Positions 47,497-58,130 of a DNA stretch of 64,000 nt are shown here, one piece after another. Positions within the stretch are counted from its first letter, which is position 1. Every line of letters starts with the position of its first letter. The notes below the pieces were generated by a model, which was given only the letters and a program-made list of their open reading frames with translations, had not been told where the DNA came from and searched no databases. A program made the translations under genes and the position numbers. The stretch is from positions 171,364 to 235,363 of IMG/VR virus record IMGVR_UViG_3300009370_001221; one strand, given 5' to 3'.

Positions 47497-48441
47497 TTAT
47501 GGTGCTGTTACTGATGTTATGTTATGCTGGCCTACTTCCGGTATATCGCCCTCATTAAGAAATCCAACACTTGGAACTCGTTTAATTCCTGGTTGGAATT
47601 TACCAGGTTTTTGAAGTATAACCCAACTCATTCTAAATTGAAAATCTTCTTGTTCCATCATATCAAATCCGTTTTTATTAGCCAGTCCTTCCATTAAGTG
47701 ATTTGTCATATAACAATAATACGAGTCTTCAAATTTTTCAGCAGATTTTTCCATTAAACAGTTAGCATAAGTTAAAAACGCAATGCCGCCAGGACTTAAT
47801 ACTTTATAAATACCTGCCAAATATTTGTCAATCATGTCATACGGTAAGAATTCAAAATGATATAAACTAAACACAAATGAAAATGCTTTTTGAGGAAGAT
47901 AACTAAAATCCATACTATCTTCTAATTGATATACCCGTAATCTACGTTGATATATTGGATTAAAATGCTCTGCAACATGTTGAATCATATTTAAATCAGG
48001 ACCTACAAGATATAATGGATCAAATCCACCCAATTCTTTAGTCCAATAATGAGATCGTGGTCCAATTTCACAACCAGGATATTGAAAATCAACATACTTT
48101 TTTATTTTTGAACAAACGGTTAATTTAAATTCAGGTGTCCAATAGTCATCTTCTATGAGTCGTACATCCATACGTCTTTTATTTTCATAGTTTGCATAAC
48201 TTTGCTTTAGACGTGGAGGCTGTATTTCTTTATTAAATATTTCTTCTAATTTTTTATTAGTATTTGCTATTTCTTCATCAACAAATTTCATACAATGCAC
48301 AAAACTATCTAATGTTAAATGTGAATGTTCTATAACTGTTTGCCTATATAATTCTCTAATAGTATTATAGTTTTCATGTATAGCACTAGTATCAAGTTTA
48401 TCTAATAATTCTCGTTCTCTAATATATTCTAATAAGTTCAT
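47497..48441 (-). CDS. class I SAM-dependent methyltransferase-like protein
   Basis: EIGP motif I-like, F.F.FS...F..L, Y..L.PGG...LTY. Confidence 0.65.
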   Translation of the reverse strand: MNLLEYIRERELLDKLDTSAIHENYNTIRELYRQTVIEHSHLTLDSFVHCMKFVDEEIANTNKKLEEIFNKEIQPPRLKQSYANYENKRRMDVRLIEDDYWTPEFKLTVCSKIKKYVDFQYPGCEIGPRSHYWTKELGGFDPLYLVGPDLNMIQHVAEHFNPIYQRRLRVYQLEDSMDFSYLPQKAFSFVFSLYHFEFLPYDMIDKYLAGIYKVLSPGGIAFLTYANCLMEKSAEKFEDSYYCYMTNHLMEGLANKNGFDMMEQEDFQFRMSWVILQKPGKFQPGIKRVPSVGFLNEGDIPEVGQHNITSVTAP

Positions 48442-51089
48442 AATTCAAATAAATCATCAAATGTACTACGTGAAGTTCCTTGTTTCAGATCCCACTTCAT
48501 AACATTCAATAAATTTCCTATTTTCTTATCGATGATTGTTTCTTCCATAGCGATATGATCAAATGGAAGTCCCTTAAACCATTCTGGCAATCTTGCCTCG
48601 TCAATTGGATATGCTACACTTTTAATACCCATTGGATTTGATTTCAATTTACATACAATAGTTTTAGCACCATCCATTATTTGCATACTATACTTGTCGC
48701 TATTCATATCACGCAAATTGTTCCAATTCATTGCCGCTCTAACATGTCCTGGCATATTTGCTTTACCTTCGCGTTGCTCGCGTTTAGTATACATTGTTAA
48801 ATTATTTACCCTTTTTGGAGTTCCTTTTTCCCATCCTGGCTTGTCGGCAAAGTCAAATTTAAATGCTTTAATTTTCTCTATAACTTCCGCTTCTTGTGCG
48901 TTCGTTAAAACATCTAATAATAATATATTTAGAAAGTCTTGCATAATTACTGGCGTATCTGATCTCTTTAAGTCCATACCCATTGCTTTTACTTTGCCTG
49001 GCCCATCCTGGTCAACACGTTTGCCCTCTAAATCATATATGAGTGTAGCATAACGCTTTTTAGTTATAAACAGTCCGCTACTTGCGACAATCTCACGCCC
49101 ACACTTAATAATCTCTCCCAATTCCATCGTGCAGTTAAAACTCTGTGCCATAAATGCTGGGAATGATTTATTAACTTCCTCTGCTACGTTATCATATAGT
49201 TCAATAACTGATTCTTTATCCCATGGAATGCTTCCTTTTTTAATATCCTCTTTGAGTATATCATATGTTGAGAAATAACAACTATCTGTATCTCCGTATA
49301 TAATAGAATTGCCATCATGCTCATACTCGCCTGTTATAATTTTGTTTATATAACTTGCCATATGTTTTGTAATAGTCCTACCACATAACGTAGTGCTTTG
49401 TCCTAAACGTATGTCAAAGAATCTACAATATGGATTTAATAATGCACCATATAAACTATTTAGATTAATTTTCTTTACAAGTTGTCTTTTATCCCAAAAC
49501 ACAATATCTTTTTGTGTTTTTGCCTTATGCAATTTTGCTTGCATCTCTTTACGTTCAGCATACCACTTTTCCAGAAGTCCTGGAATGATTCCTTTTCTAT
49601 CATTCGTAAACAATGTCCCGTTAGCACTTAATAACAATTTATTGCCATGCTTACCAAATACCATACCATGTATTTCCATTGCTGTTTTAACTTCTTCTTT
49701 ACCATCCTCCCAGTCAATAGTAATCTCTGTGCTAGACTCTCTATTCATTACTGCTTCATACTCTAACGAGCCAAATAATCCTTCCCAGCCATCTGCTTGT
49801 GATTTGCCTGATGCTACGATTTTATTGATATGATTTTGTGTCATTGTAGGACGTAATTGCCCTATGATAGTTTCCGGACCCATGTTTAATGCTCGTATAG
49901 CACTTGGATACAGACTGTTTATATCTACTGAGCCAATCCAATGATGTAATCCTTTTTTAGGTGTTGCAACATACGCACCCGCGGCCGTAACTGTTTTGCT
50001 GTCATCCCTGTCGGGTTTGTTAGGAACTACTAATCCTTGTGCGTGTGCCTCATTAATAATTGCTTGCTCTGTTACTGCTACTGCTCCCATTGTTGTGGGT
50101 AATAGTACAGTGTTTTGATGTGCGAGTTCATTTGCTAAATCAATAAATCTTAGTTTCTCATCTAATCGTACAATAAGCATAACATCCTGCCTGTTATACT
50201 CTATAAACTTCTCAAAGTCTGTGTTATATAATTGATCTAATGTGCCCTCATATGGAACTTTTTTGTCTTGCAACTCATAATCTGCTACAGTGTCTAGACT
50301 GTAACTATGCATTTCATGATATGTATATTTGCGATACAGTTCTAAATAATCTAAATGCACTCTACCTGTTAAATTAAAACTAGTTTGCTCTCCCCCATAT
50401 TTCTCATATGAGAATTTTTTTGGAAATTGATCCCATAAACAAAAACGTCTTGTATCATCTCTGCTTAATACGCGAGTAACTCTATTAACAAGATATGGTA
50501 AGTCATATCCTTCACTGTTCCAGCCAGTTATAATATCACTGTCATCTAATAGGTCTAAGAATGTTTGTAATAATTGTGCTTCGCTATTAAAAACAAATGT
50601 ATTGTCAAAGTGTTTCGCAACGCTTTGTGCTATGTCTTCGTGCATTGTTTTTGGTTTCAATGCTAATGTTACCAACTGCTGTAGTTGACTGAGATATACA
50701 GTAATAGCAGTTATTGGTGCCGTGGGGTCGTTAGGCTCACTAAATCCTTTTTCCGGATCAAAATCTGCTTCAATGTCTACATAGCAAATATTAAGAATAG
50801 GAGAATCGGCGCCAAGATAATTATTAGCAAGACACCTAAAGATCGGATTAATGTCGCTTTCATAGATCTGATTCCTGCTGTTAATTTTGAGTTCTCTATT
50901 GAACTCTTTTTTGTTTTTAGAATAAAACCTGCTAACAGGTCTATCGTGTATAGTTTTATGCTTTCCTTTTATATCGTCAAAATAAAAAACATACTCTACG
51001 GGGTACTGTTTGTATTGACGTTTGCCGTCAATTCGCTCCGCTACGTGGATGCGTTCCTGTTCTTTATCTAGATAAGCATCAATATACAT
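48438..51089 (-). CDS. gp43: family B DNA polymerase (gp43-like)
   Basis: DIE, GWNS..YD, DINSLYPS, K...NSLYG, YGDTDS, KKRY, D.KRSD. Confidence 0.96.
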   Translation of the reverse strand: MYIDAYLDKEQERIHVAERIDGKRQYKQYPVEYVFYFDDIKGKHKTIHDRPVSRFYSKNKKEFNRELKINSRNQIYESDINPIFRCLANNYLGADSPILNICYVDIEADFDPEKGFSEPNDPTAPITAITVYLSQLQQLVTLALKPKTMHEDIAQSVAKHFDNTFVFNSEAQLLQTFLDLLDDSDIITGWNSEGYDLPYLVNRVTRVLSRDDTRRFCLWDQFPKKFSYEKYGGEQTSFNLTGRVHLDYLELYRKYTYHEMHSYSLDTVADYELQDKKVPYEGTLDQLYNTDFEKFIEYNRQDVMLIVRLDEKLRFIDLANELAHQNTVLLPTTMGAVAVTEQAIINEAHAQGLVVPNKPDRDDSKTVTAAGAYVATPKKGLHHWIGSVDINSLYPSAIRALNMGPETIIGQLRPTMTQNHINKIVASGKSQADGWEGLFGSLEYEAVMNRESSTEITIDWEDGKEEVKTAMEIHGMVFGKHGNKLLLSANGTLFTNDRKGIIPGLLEKWYAERKEMQAKLHKAKTQKDIVFWDKRQLVKKINLNSLYGALLNPYCRFFDIRLGQSTTLCGRTITKHMASYINKIITGEYEHDGNSIIYGDTDSCYFSTYDILKEDIKKGSIPWDKESVIELYDNVAEEVNKSFPAFMAQSFNCTMELGEIIKCGREIVASSGLFITKKRYATLIYDLEGKRVDQDGPGKVKAMGMDLKRSDTPVIMQDFLNILLLDVLTNAQEAEVIEKIKAFKFDFADKPGWEKGTPKRVNNLTMYTKREQREGKANMPGHVRAAMNWNNLRDMNSDKYSMQIMDGAKTIVCKLKSNPMGIKSVAYPIDEARLPEWFKGLPFDHIAMEETIIDKKIGNLLNVMKWDLKQGTSRSTFDDLFEL

Positions 51090-51095
51090 TAACTA

Positions 51096-51124
51096 ATTAT
51101 AACAGATAAGTACAAAAATTACAA
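51096..51124 (-). promoter_or_regulatory. sigma70-like promoter upstream of DNA polymerase
   Basis: TTGTAA-17-TATAAT. Confidence 0.55.
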
Positions 51125-52207
51125 GCCTTTTAACTTTTTTTCTACCATTTCTTTTGCTACTTTGGTGGTTGGTTTATCTTCTTCTTGACTAGTTTTAAGT
51201 ATATCATATGCTTTTTCATGTAATGCCATTAATTTTGGTTTTACCATTGGATTACTCCATTCTACATCAAGTGTTGCTGTTATATCGTGTGTTATATTAG
51301 ATGCGGCACTAATAAAAATTACACCGCCAGCATTAGCAAGATAATCAGGAACATATAATATACCTTCTTTGTGTAATATATCTCCATCGTCAGTTGTGCG
51401 TAATTGATTGTTTGCTCCGCCGCATATAGATTTGCTTTTAAAAGTTTTAATAAATTCTGGGGTAACTGTGCCGCCTAACGCACAGGGCATATATACGTCT
51501 GTGGCAATGTCGTGTATTTCATTATCATCTTTACACCAAACTAACTCAAATTGAGGATGCGGTTGTAAATTGTCTAAGGCCTGCTGTAAATTTTTATATG
51601 TTTTTCTTTTTATATCTGTGCAATAAACTTTAACTGGATGTTTTGATAAAAAATTAATTAGTCTACTTCCAACTTTGCCTAACCCAACTACTGAGAATGT
51701 TTTATTAGTCCAATTAACTTTAGGAGTATCATCTAATACTCTTAATAATCCTTTAGTAGCACAGTATAAACCATATGCTGTAGACCAGCCTGAATCTTGA
51801 CCACCAAAACCTACTACATATTGCGTGTGTTTGTGTATTTGATCTAAATCACTTACAACAGTTCCTACATCTCCAGCACCATAATATGTGCCTGCTGTGT
51901 AGTTTAATACTTCTGCAAATGATCTCCATAAGTCAGGGGATTTTGCTGTGTTAGCATTTATAGTAGATTTACCACCACCAAAATGCAATCCTGCTAAGGC
52001 ATTTTTATAAGTCATGCCTTTTGATAGACGTAATGCATCTAAACGCTGTTCATCATAACTATCATACTTAAGATAACGACACCCGCCTAAGGCGGGTCCT
52101 AACTTTGTGTTATGTATCGCTACTATGGCATCTAAGCCTGTTGTATCGTCTGTGGCACGAATTACTCGCTCGTGTGAGCCGATTGGTATCTCTCTAATGT
52201 TTAACAC
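51119..52207 (-). CDS. Glu/Leu/Phe/Val dehydrogenase (leucine dehydrogenase-like)
   Basis: HNT.LGPALGGCR, L.LS.GMTYK.A...L..GGGK, G.GKVG, PCALGG, GGANNQL, PDYLANAGG. Confidence 0.92.
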   Translation of the reverse strand: MLNIREIPIGSHERVIRATDDTTGLDAIVAIHNTKLGPALGGCRYLKYDSYDEQRLDALRLSKGMTYKNALAGLHFGGGKSTINANTAKSPDLWRSFAEVLNYTAGTYYGAGDVGTVVSDLDQIHKHTQYVVGFGGQDSGWSTAYGLYCATKGLLRVLDDTPKVNWTNKTFSVVGLGKVGSRLINFLSKHPVKVYCTDIKRKTYKNLQQALDNLQPHPQFELVWCKDDNEIHDIATDVYMPCALGGTVTPEFIKTFKSKSICGGANNQLRTTDDGDILHKEGILYVPDYLANAGGVIFISAASNITHDITATLDVEWSNPMVKPKLMALHEKAYDILKTSQEEDKPTTKVAKEMVEKKLKGL

Positions 52208-52268
52208 CTACATCGCTCCTAAATGTTATACTTTATTTACTACTTAAATAAGCAGTAATAATACACTA

Positions 52269-52532
52269 TTATAAAGTTTTACCAACTGTTTCTAGAATTC
52301 CTTCTAGATCACTAATATCTGCTAATTGTTCCTGCCAATTTGATTTGTATGCTGTACGTATTGCTTTATTAAGAATTGCTGGCTTACAATCCATTTCTTC
52401 AGCAATCGCTTTTACAGTATCACGCAATCCTTCTTTAAGGTCGTCTACTTCTTGTAATACGCGGGTGCCTTCACCAATTAATTGTGTTAGCCTTGCTTTT
52501 TCTTCTGGGGTATATGATCCGCCATGTGCCAT
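52269..52532 (-). CDS. DsbA/GapR-like small dsDNA-binding protein
   Basis: helical pattern ..L.E...D.VK.I.EE......IL.K.IR..YK. Confidence 0.55.
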   Translation of the reverse strand: MAHGGSYTPEEKARLTQLIGEGTRVLQEVDDLKEGLRDTVKAIAEEMDCKPAILNKAIRTAYKSNWQEQLADISDLEGILETVGKTL

Positions 52533-52744
52533 TACATTTCTACCTTTGCAATATCATCTGATGTTGTTTTAACAGCCGTTGTGTCTACAACTTTTTTCTT
52601 GGTTGTTTTTGCTTTCTTTTTTGCCGCAACTTTTTTTGTTGTTTTGGCTTTTGCTGGAGGCGGTGATATTAACAACCCTGAAATTGCCTCCTCAATTTTA
52701 TCAAGTCTTTCATGTACTGATATCATTTCTCTTTTTAAATTCAT
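52532..52744 (-). CDS. small Lys/Ala-rich protein
   Basis: AKKKAKTTKKK histone-like tail. Confidence 0.6.
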   Translation of the reverse strand: MNLKREMISVHERLDKIEEAISGLLISPPPAKAKTTKKVAAKKKAKTTKKKVVDTTAVKTTSDDIAKVEM

Positions 52745-52755
52745 AATATTATTCC

Positions 52756-53457
52756 TTATGTTGATTTTTTAATTTCATCATCATTGGATGATGAATCATA
52801 CCATTCTGGCAAGACTACTCTTTCTCTTATTGCATTATCATGTGGTTTTAATATTTTCTCTATCTTGCTTGCTTTCATTGCTTTCTTATAACGTTCTTGA
52901 GCCGGTGTTAGTGGTGGTGGTGGGCCTGGTAGTGTTGGTGGCGGATGGAAATATTCTCGTTCTTTAAACGTAATGTCATCCTTTGCAAAATATAAATGTT
53001 CATCCCAACATGCTATCCATCCAGTGTCTTGTTTTACAACAACTATGAATTCCCCCGCAACCCCTGCTCTGTCCATTATAACAACATCACTATAATCATG
53101 GTTCATTACTGCATCAAGATTTTTACTGCATCCACTAACTATATGGTGAACATGAAAATTTGCATCTTCACGATAAGATACTCCTAATCCCTCAGCAACG
53201 ACTTCAACATCATCCACTTGAATTTCTTGTATATATATTTCTCTACCTGAACCAGCATTAGTACAACATACAGATACATAATTATCCTTTTCAGAATTCT
53301 TAAAAGTAATGCCTTTATATTCTAATGTTATTGGTTGTCGTTGAGACCAAGCAGGTTTATCGTTTGTATATAAAATGCCATGATCAATAATTTTATTATT
53401 AATTTTGACAAAATATGTTGCTTTATCTACTGTTGGTATTAATTTAAATCGTAACAT
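52756..53457 (-). CDS. hypothetical protein
   Basis: beta-rich N-terminus, Pro-rich linker. Confidence 0.6.
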   Translation of the reverse strand: MLRFKLIPTVDKATYFVKINNKIIDHGILYTNDKPAWSQRQPITLEYKGITFKNSEKDNYVSVCCTNAGSGREIYIQEIQVDDVEVVAEGLGVSYREDANFHVHHIVSGCSKNLDAVMNHDYSDVVIMDRAGVAGEFIVVVKQDTGWIACWDEHLYFAKDDITFKEREYFHPPPTLPGPPPPLTPAQERYKKAMKASKIEKILKPHDNAIRERVVLPEWYDSSSNDDEIKKST

Positions 53458-53786
53458 TATATTTTTAAATTTGCTTCGTAAGTTATGCCATCTTTAGTAG
53501 TAATTGGACATTCAATTGAATGTTTTCCAGTTTCATCTCCTATTTTATCCACTATTATTTTTAATAATTCTACATCTGCTAGTGCGGTTTTAATATTTTC
53601 AACTACTATTTTATTATTTCCTTTTTTAAGGTTTATAACAACTATTTCTTCTAAATATTCATTAAATTTCTTTTGTGGAGTTATTGCTCTTTCAGTAATT
53701 AAATAACCATTAACCCATATTCGTACTACGGGTGGTTTGAAATCCCAATCGCTGTTAATATAGAAGTGTAATTGTCTATCAGGCAT
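53457..53786 (-). CDS. hypothetical beta-sandwich protein
   Basis: P.VRIWVNG, L.KG.N.I.VE. Confidence 0.6.
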   Translation of the reverse strand: MPDRQLHFYINSDWDFKPPVVRIWVNGYLITERAITPQKKFNEYLEEIVVINLKKGNNKIVVENIKTALADVELLKIIVDKIGDETGKHSIECPITTKDGITYEANLKI

Positions 53787-53833
53787 ACATTATATTATAT
53801 AGCGTTTTTAGTGTTGTGTCAAGCAGAATCTGA

Positions 53834-55828
53834 TTACATGTTGGCGTGCATTGCCGCCATGTGCTTTTTATATTTCTTTGTGCCTTTTTTATGTGGACTC
53901 TTACCTTCTAAAGCATTAGCAATACTGCTACTATGCTCTGGCTTTTCCTCCTCATTCAAACTCTCATCTAAATCCCAAGGACCCCAATGACCATGTTTTA
54001 ACATATTGGAAAGACCTTTATAATGTTCATACCTGGCAAAGGCGCCTTTTGTTTCTTCAACACCGCCAAGTGCGTAATATTGTTCCTTACGCATTACAAT
54101 ATTATTACCATTAGCATTGTCAAACACTACATCACCCATCTCAGTCCATGCGTGTGGGAATCTGCGTCCTTCCAATTTACCTTGGCCACGCACTAATGCA
54201 TGAACTAGTGTTGTATTATCTTGTAGTTTTTCTTCTGTATCTATTAAAGCACGGCCGGCTTTACTAAAGCAATCACCACATGCATCTTCTGTAATTGAAG
54301 CAAGTCCTTCACTAAAACCTGTCTGTTGATCCATCCAATCCAATGCTTCTCTATTTGTAACTGGTGTTAATAACCATTGTCGCATATTAGCATGTACCTT
54401 GTTTATACGCTCTGCATTTTCTGAATTTTCTGAATTTTCTATAATATAAAGACCAGGCTGGCCGAATAACATTTGGAATTTTCCGGCGTTTTCTTGGGCC
54501 ATTTCCCATCCTTTTCTTACTAACTTTGCTGGAACAGAGCGTTCTGGACGTTTCATATTTCGCTCTTGTGCTGTTTCAAGATCGGTATTAACAAATACCA
54601 TGCGAGTCTCATAACCAAGATCTTCTAAATCTTTCTTTGCTTTTGCTATTTTTTCATAGTCTTTGGCAGTACCGTCAATAATAAGTCCCAATCTACCATC
54701 GATATAATTGGCACTACGCTTACTTGTTAATTCTTTAGCACGATCACGTTGAACGTCTCTTTCTTCTTGCTCTTCATCGGGCATTTTAGGATCTAAATCA
54801 TGTTTAGCCATTAAGTATTCTAATGCTTGGTCTGTGTTTACTGCTTTAAGTCCACTACCACCAAGTAATTCTCGCGCCATATGACTTTTGCCTGAACCAG
54901 GACCACCAGCCATAAACACCGCTTTAAAAATATGTGGATCATTTATGCCTTCATGAAGTTCTTCTTTAGGTTTTTTATGGTCCATATATGCCTGTATCAT
55001 TCTATCATCAATATCGTGTAAACGTTTCCAATCTGGATCGTCCACCCATTTAATACCTGCTTTGCGATCTGCTTCCATGTCGCCTTCTGTATGAACTTTT
55101 GGCTTATTTCCCATACGTAGTTTTTTAAGATTATTATATTCACCACCTACCGGCACGTCTTTGGTAGCATTTTGTTTTGTAACTATACCAACACCTGCGG
55201 TTTCTTCTATCGTATCTTCGCGTAGTTTAGGGGTAACTTGTGCTAACCACTCATCTCGTGATATGCCAAGATCACCGGGTTTGCCTAAATCATCTACCCT
55301 AATAGCATCTACAATTCTATCTGCTTTAATATTTGCTCCACTACGCAATGCTCTGCCTTTGTTAGAAACAAATGGATCCTCTGCTGGGTCATCATCCCAA
55401 ATCTCATCTTCCATATCTATGCGTACAATGGAAATATCTTTGTCTGTGTCACGAAACTCCCAAGCCATCTTACCTGCCCAGTTTAATGCATCTTCTGGAT
55501 CATCAAAGGCAAATATGCCTGCTTCTTCGTTATATCTGCTACCACCTGGGCCTTTAATCCATAAACTAGGCTGGAATTGTAGCAATCCTTTTTGCTTAAT
55601 GCTAGGAACGTTTTTAGTAAATGTAGCATGGTACAAATACTTTGGTACATCATAACTTGGACCAACTGGATTCATGTCCTCATCTTCTGGAACATCCTCA
55701 TAGACACCCTTTATCATGTTTCTATATACCATATTATCAGCAGAATATCCAGTTTCGTATTTGGATCTGCGTTTATAATTGCGTCGATTTTTAAGCAGAC
55801 TGCGACCTACTAAATTATGAAGTTTCAT
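53834..55828 (-). CDS. multidomain protein: ART/Tpt1-like + zeta-toxin-like P-loop kinase + Cys-His-Asp hydrolase-like (start MKLHNL)
   Basis: YLYHAT...V.SI...GL; FMAGGPGSGKS...IIDGT; GDCF...HAW.E..D..FD; ATAAATA just upstream. Confidence 0.7.
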   Translation of the reverse strand: MKLHNLVGRSLLKNRRNYKRRSKYETGYSADNMVYRNMIKGVYEDVPEDEDMNPVGPSYDVPKYLYHATFTKNVPSIKQKGLLQFQPSLWIKGPGGSRYNEEAGIFAFDDPEDALNWAGKMAWEFRDTDKDISIVRIDMEDEIWDDDPAEDPFVSNKGRALRSGANIKADRIVDAIRVDDLGKPGDLGISRDEWLAQVTPKLREDTIEETAGVGIVTKQNATKDVPVGGEYNNLKKLRMGNKPKVHTEGDMEADRKAGIKWVDDPDWKRLHDIDDRMIQAYMDHKKPKEELHEGINDPHIFKAVFMAGGPGSGKSHMARELLGGSGLKAVNTDQALEYLMAKHDLDPKMPDEEQEERDVQRDRAKELTSKRSANYIDGRLGLIIDGTAKDYEKIAKAKKDLEDLGYETRMVFVNTDLETAQERNMKRPERSVPAKLVRKGWEMAQENAGKFQMLFGQPGLYIIENSENSENAERINKVHANMRQWLLTPVTNREALDWMDQQTGFSEGLASITEDACGDCFSKAGRALIDTEEKLQDNTTLVHALVRGQGKLEGRRFPHAWTEMGDVVFDNANGNNIVMRKEQYYALGGVEETKGAFARYEHYKGLSNMLKHGHWGPWDLDESLNEEEKPEHSSSIANALEGKSPHKKGTKKYKKHMAAMHANM

Positions 55829-55835
55829 ATACATG

Positions 55836-55853
55836 TATTTATTAGTATAAGTA
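55836..55853. promoter_or_regulatory. divergent late-promoter-like motifs (ATAAATA on minus, TATAAGTA on plus)
   Basis: each lies 5-7 nt before the ATG of the flanking gene. Confidence 0.5.
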
Positions 55854-55858
55854 TTGTA

Positions 55859-57034
55859 ATGACTTCTTTGCATTGTAATTTTATACATGAAGGTCTAGAC
55901 ATTAATTTTCCCAAATGGGGTAATCCAGATTTAGTGGAATATCGTTGTTGTTGTATTGCTGACCAAAATTCCTTACGTACAGCAAATATAACAGATACCG
56001 AAGCGGGCGGGCATAATTTTTGGAAGAATGAATATTTTCAATCTATAAGAGATCTAAATAAAAAGAATATATGGAATAATGATTGTGGTCGTTGTCGCAT
56101 AGCAGAAGAAGCAGGGGCATGGGATGATAGTCATAGATTACATTGTGCAAATCGGGATAGTGAACCACGTACAGATTTAAATGGGCCAGTAAATTTAACT
56201 ATTAAATTAAGTAGTGTATGTAATTTAATGTGTACAACTTGTGGTCCAGAATTTAGTACTGTGTGGCAAAACGCAGTAAAGAAAAACCCTCCAATTTTTT
56301 TAACAAATCCAGATAAATTTTATACTGATAAACGTGGTGGTGAAGCAGAAATAGAAAAAGTTATTAAATTTTTTGATAATATAGATGTAAGTAATTTAAA
56401 TACAATGAATTTTACTGGAGGAGAAACTTTACTACCTGGAAATAATCCAAACATAAAATTCTTAGAATACATAGATAGTAGACATTCTTTGGATAATATA
56501 ACAGTTATGATGCATACTAATGGCACTAAACCTATTCCAGAACACATGCTTGAATTATTAGATAAATGTAAATTTGTACGTATTAGTGTTAGTTTAGATT
56601 GTATAGGAGATAGGTTTAGTTATTTAAGAGCACCAGCAGAATGGGATCAAGTTAAAGATAATATATTAAATAATTTGCAATATCAACTTGGAAAATGCGC
56701 TCAACCAGAAGATGGAGGGGATTTTACATTACATATTAACCAAGTAATAAGTGTATTAAGTTTATATTACATGGATGAGGCAAAACAATGGTGTAATAGT
56801 TATGGTTTTAATTATGCTGATCATACTGCTGGTGGCGAATATGCTTTGAAACATTTAACTGACAAGTACATTAATGCATTAAGCGATGATAAAAAAATAT
56901 ATTTGCCAAATGAATATAGGCCACAGGAAATACCTCGTATGATACAGTATTTAGATTGGTTTGATAATATGCGAAATTTAGATTGGAAAAAAACTTTTCC
57001 TGAAATAGCACAGTTTTATTCAGATTATATTTGA
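55859..57034 (+). CDS. radical SAM protein with N-terminal SPASM/twitch-like Cys cluster (start MTSLHC)
   Basis: [21 protein letters not shown]....Y.R. Confidence 0.85.
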   Translation: MTSLHCNFIHEGLDINFPKWGNPDLVEYRCCCIADQNSLRTANITDTEAGGHNFWKNEYFQSIRDLNKKNIWNNDCGRCRIAEEAGAWDDSHRLHCANRDSEPRTDLNGPVNLTIKLSSVCNLMCTTCGPEFSTVWQNAVKKNPPIFLTNPDKFYTDKRGGEAEIEKVIKFFDNIDVSNLNTMNFTGGETLLPGNNPNIKFLEYIDSRHSLDNITVMMHTNGTKPIPEHMLELLDKCKFVRISVSLDCIGDRFSYLRAPAEWDQVKDNILNNLQYQLGKCAQPEDGGDFTLHINQVISVLSLYYMDEAKQWCNSYGFNYADHTAGGEYALKHLTDKYINALSDDKKIYLPNEYRPQEIPRMIQYLDWFDNMRNLDWKKTFPEIAQFYSDYI

Positions 57035-57059
57035 CTATATAGTAATACTACTATATAAT
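57031..57059 (+). promoter_or_regulatory. sigma70-like promoter for guaC
   Basis: TTGACT-17-TATAAT. Confidence 0.7.
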
Positions 57060-57065
57060 ATACGT

Positions 57066-58130
57066 ATGAGAATAGAAACAGACATTAAACTAGACTACAA
57101 AGACGTCTTACTAAAACCCAAACGCTCTACATTATCCAGTAGGCGTAGTGTTACGATAGAACGTGACTTTACGTTCAGGCACTGGAATGAAACAAAAGAA
57201 ACATGGTCGGGTGTTCCTATTATGGCATCCAACATGGATGGTGTAGGCACATTTTCAATGGCAAACGTGTTGCAAAATTACAACATGCTAACAGTCATTA
57301 AAAAGCATTACACTATAGAAGATTGGGAAAATGCTGTAGGCCATGGCATGAGTTTAAGCAATATAGCAGTCAGTACTGGCACCAATGCTATATTTGATCC
57401 TGATGCAGAAGATTATAAGAAAGCACAGGAAATACTCGCACGTTGGCCGGATATTAAGTTTATTTGTATTGATGTAGCAAACGGATACCAGCAAAACTTC
57501 TCAGACTTTGTAAGAGAAGTTAGAGAGAAGTTTCCTAAAAAAATTATTATAGCAGGTAATGTAATTACAGGCGAAATGACTGAGCAATTATGTATTGCTG
57601 GTGCTGATATTGTAAAATGCGGTATTGGGCCTGGCTCAGTATGTACAACACGAATAATGACCGGTGTTGGTATGCCACAATTAAGTGGTATTATGGAATG
57701 TGCTGATGCCGCACATGGATTGGGCGGACATATTATAGCAGACGGTGGTTGCACAGAGCCTGGTGATGTTGCTAAAGCATTTGGCGCAGGTGCTGACTTT
57801 GTAATGCTAGGTGGTATGCTTGCTGGGCATGATGAGAGTGAATTGGCAGAAGTTGCTGGGCAATATGAATTTTACGGTATGAGTTCTAATCGCGCAATGC
57901 AGGAACACGGTACACGTAAAGATGGATACAGGAGTTCAGAAGGGCGTCACATTAGATTGGATGCTAGAGGACCAGTAGAAAATACAGTAACAGAAATATT
58001 GGGTGGTGTTCGTAGTGCTTGTACATATATTGGCGCAAGGCGTATTAAGGACATACCTAAATCTGCTACATTTGTTTTAGTTAATTCTACTTACAACACT
58101 GTTTATTTACAAAACACTGTTGGTGATTAA
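57066..58130 (+). CDS. guaC: GMP reductase
   Basis: [13 protein letters not shown]...[36 protein letters not shown]. Confidence 0.93.
   Translation: MRIETDIKLDYKDVLLKPKRSTLSSRRSVTIERDFTFRHWNETKETWSGVPIMASNMDGVGTFSMANVLQNYNMLTVIKKHYTIEDWENAVGHGMSLSNIAVSTGTNAIFDPDAEDYKKAQEILARWPDIKFICIDVANGYQQNFSDFVREVREKFPKKIIIAGNVITGEMTEQLCIAGADIVKCGIGPGSVCTTRIMTGVGMPQLSGIMECADAAHGLGGHIIADGGCTEPGDVAKAFGAGADFVMLGGMLAGHDESELAEVAGQYEFYGMSSNRAMQEHGTRKDGYRSSEGRHIRLDARGPVENTVTEILGGVRSACTYIGARRIKDIPKSATFVLVNSTYNTVYLQNTVGD

Noticed and set aside
48438-51089. Possible intein or intron in the DNA polymerase
   Set aside because: 883 aa is normal for gp43-like enzymes and all motifs are contiguous.
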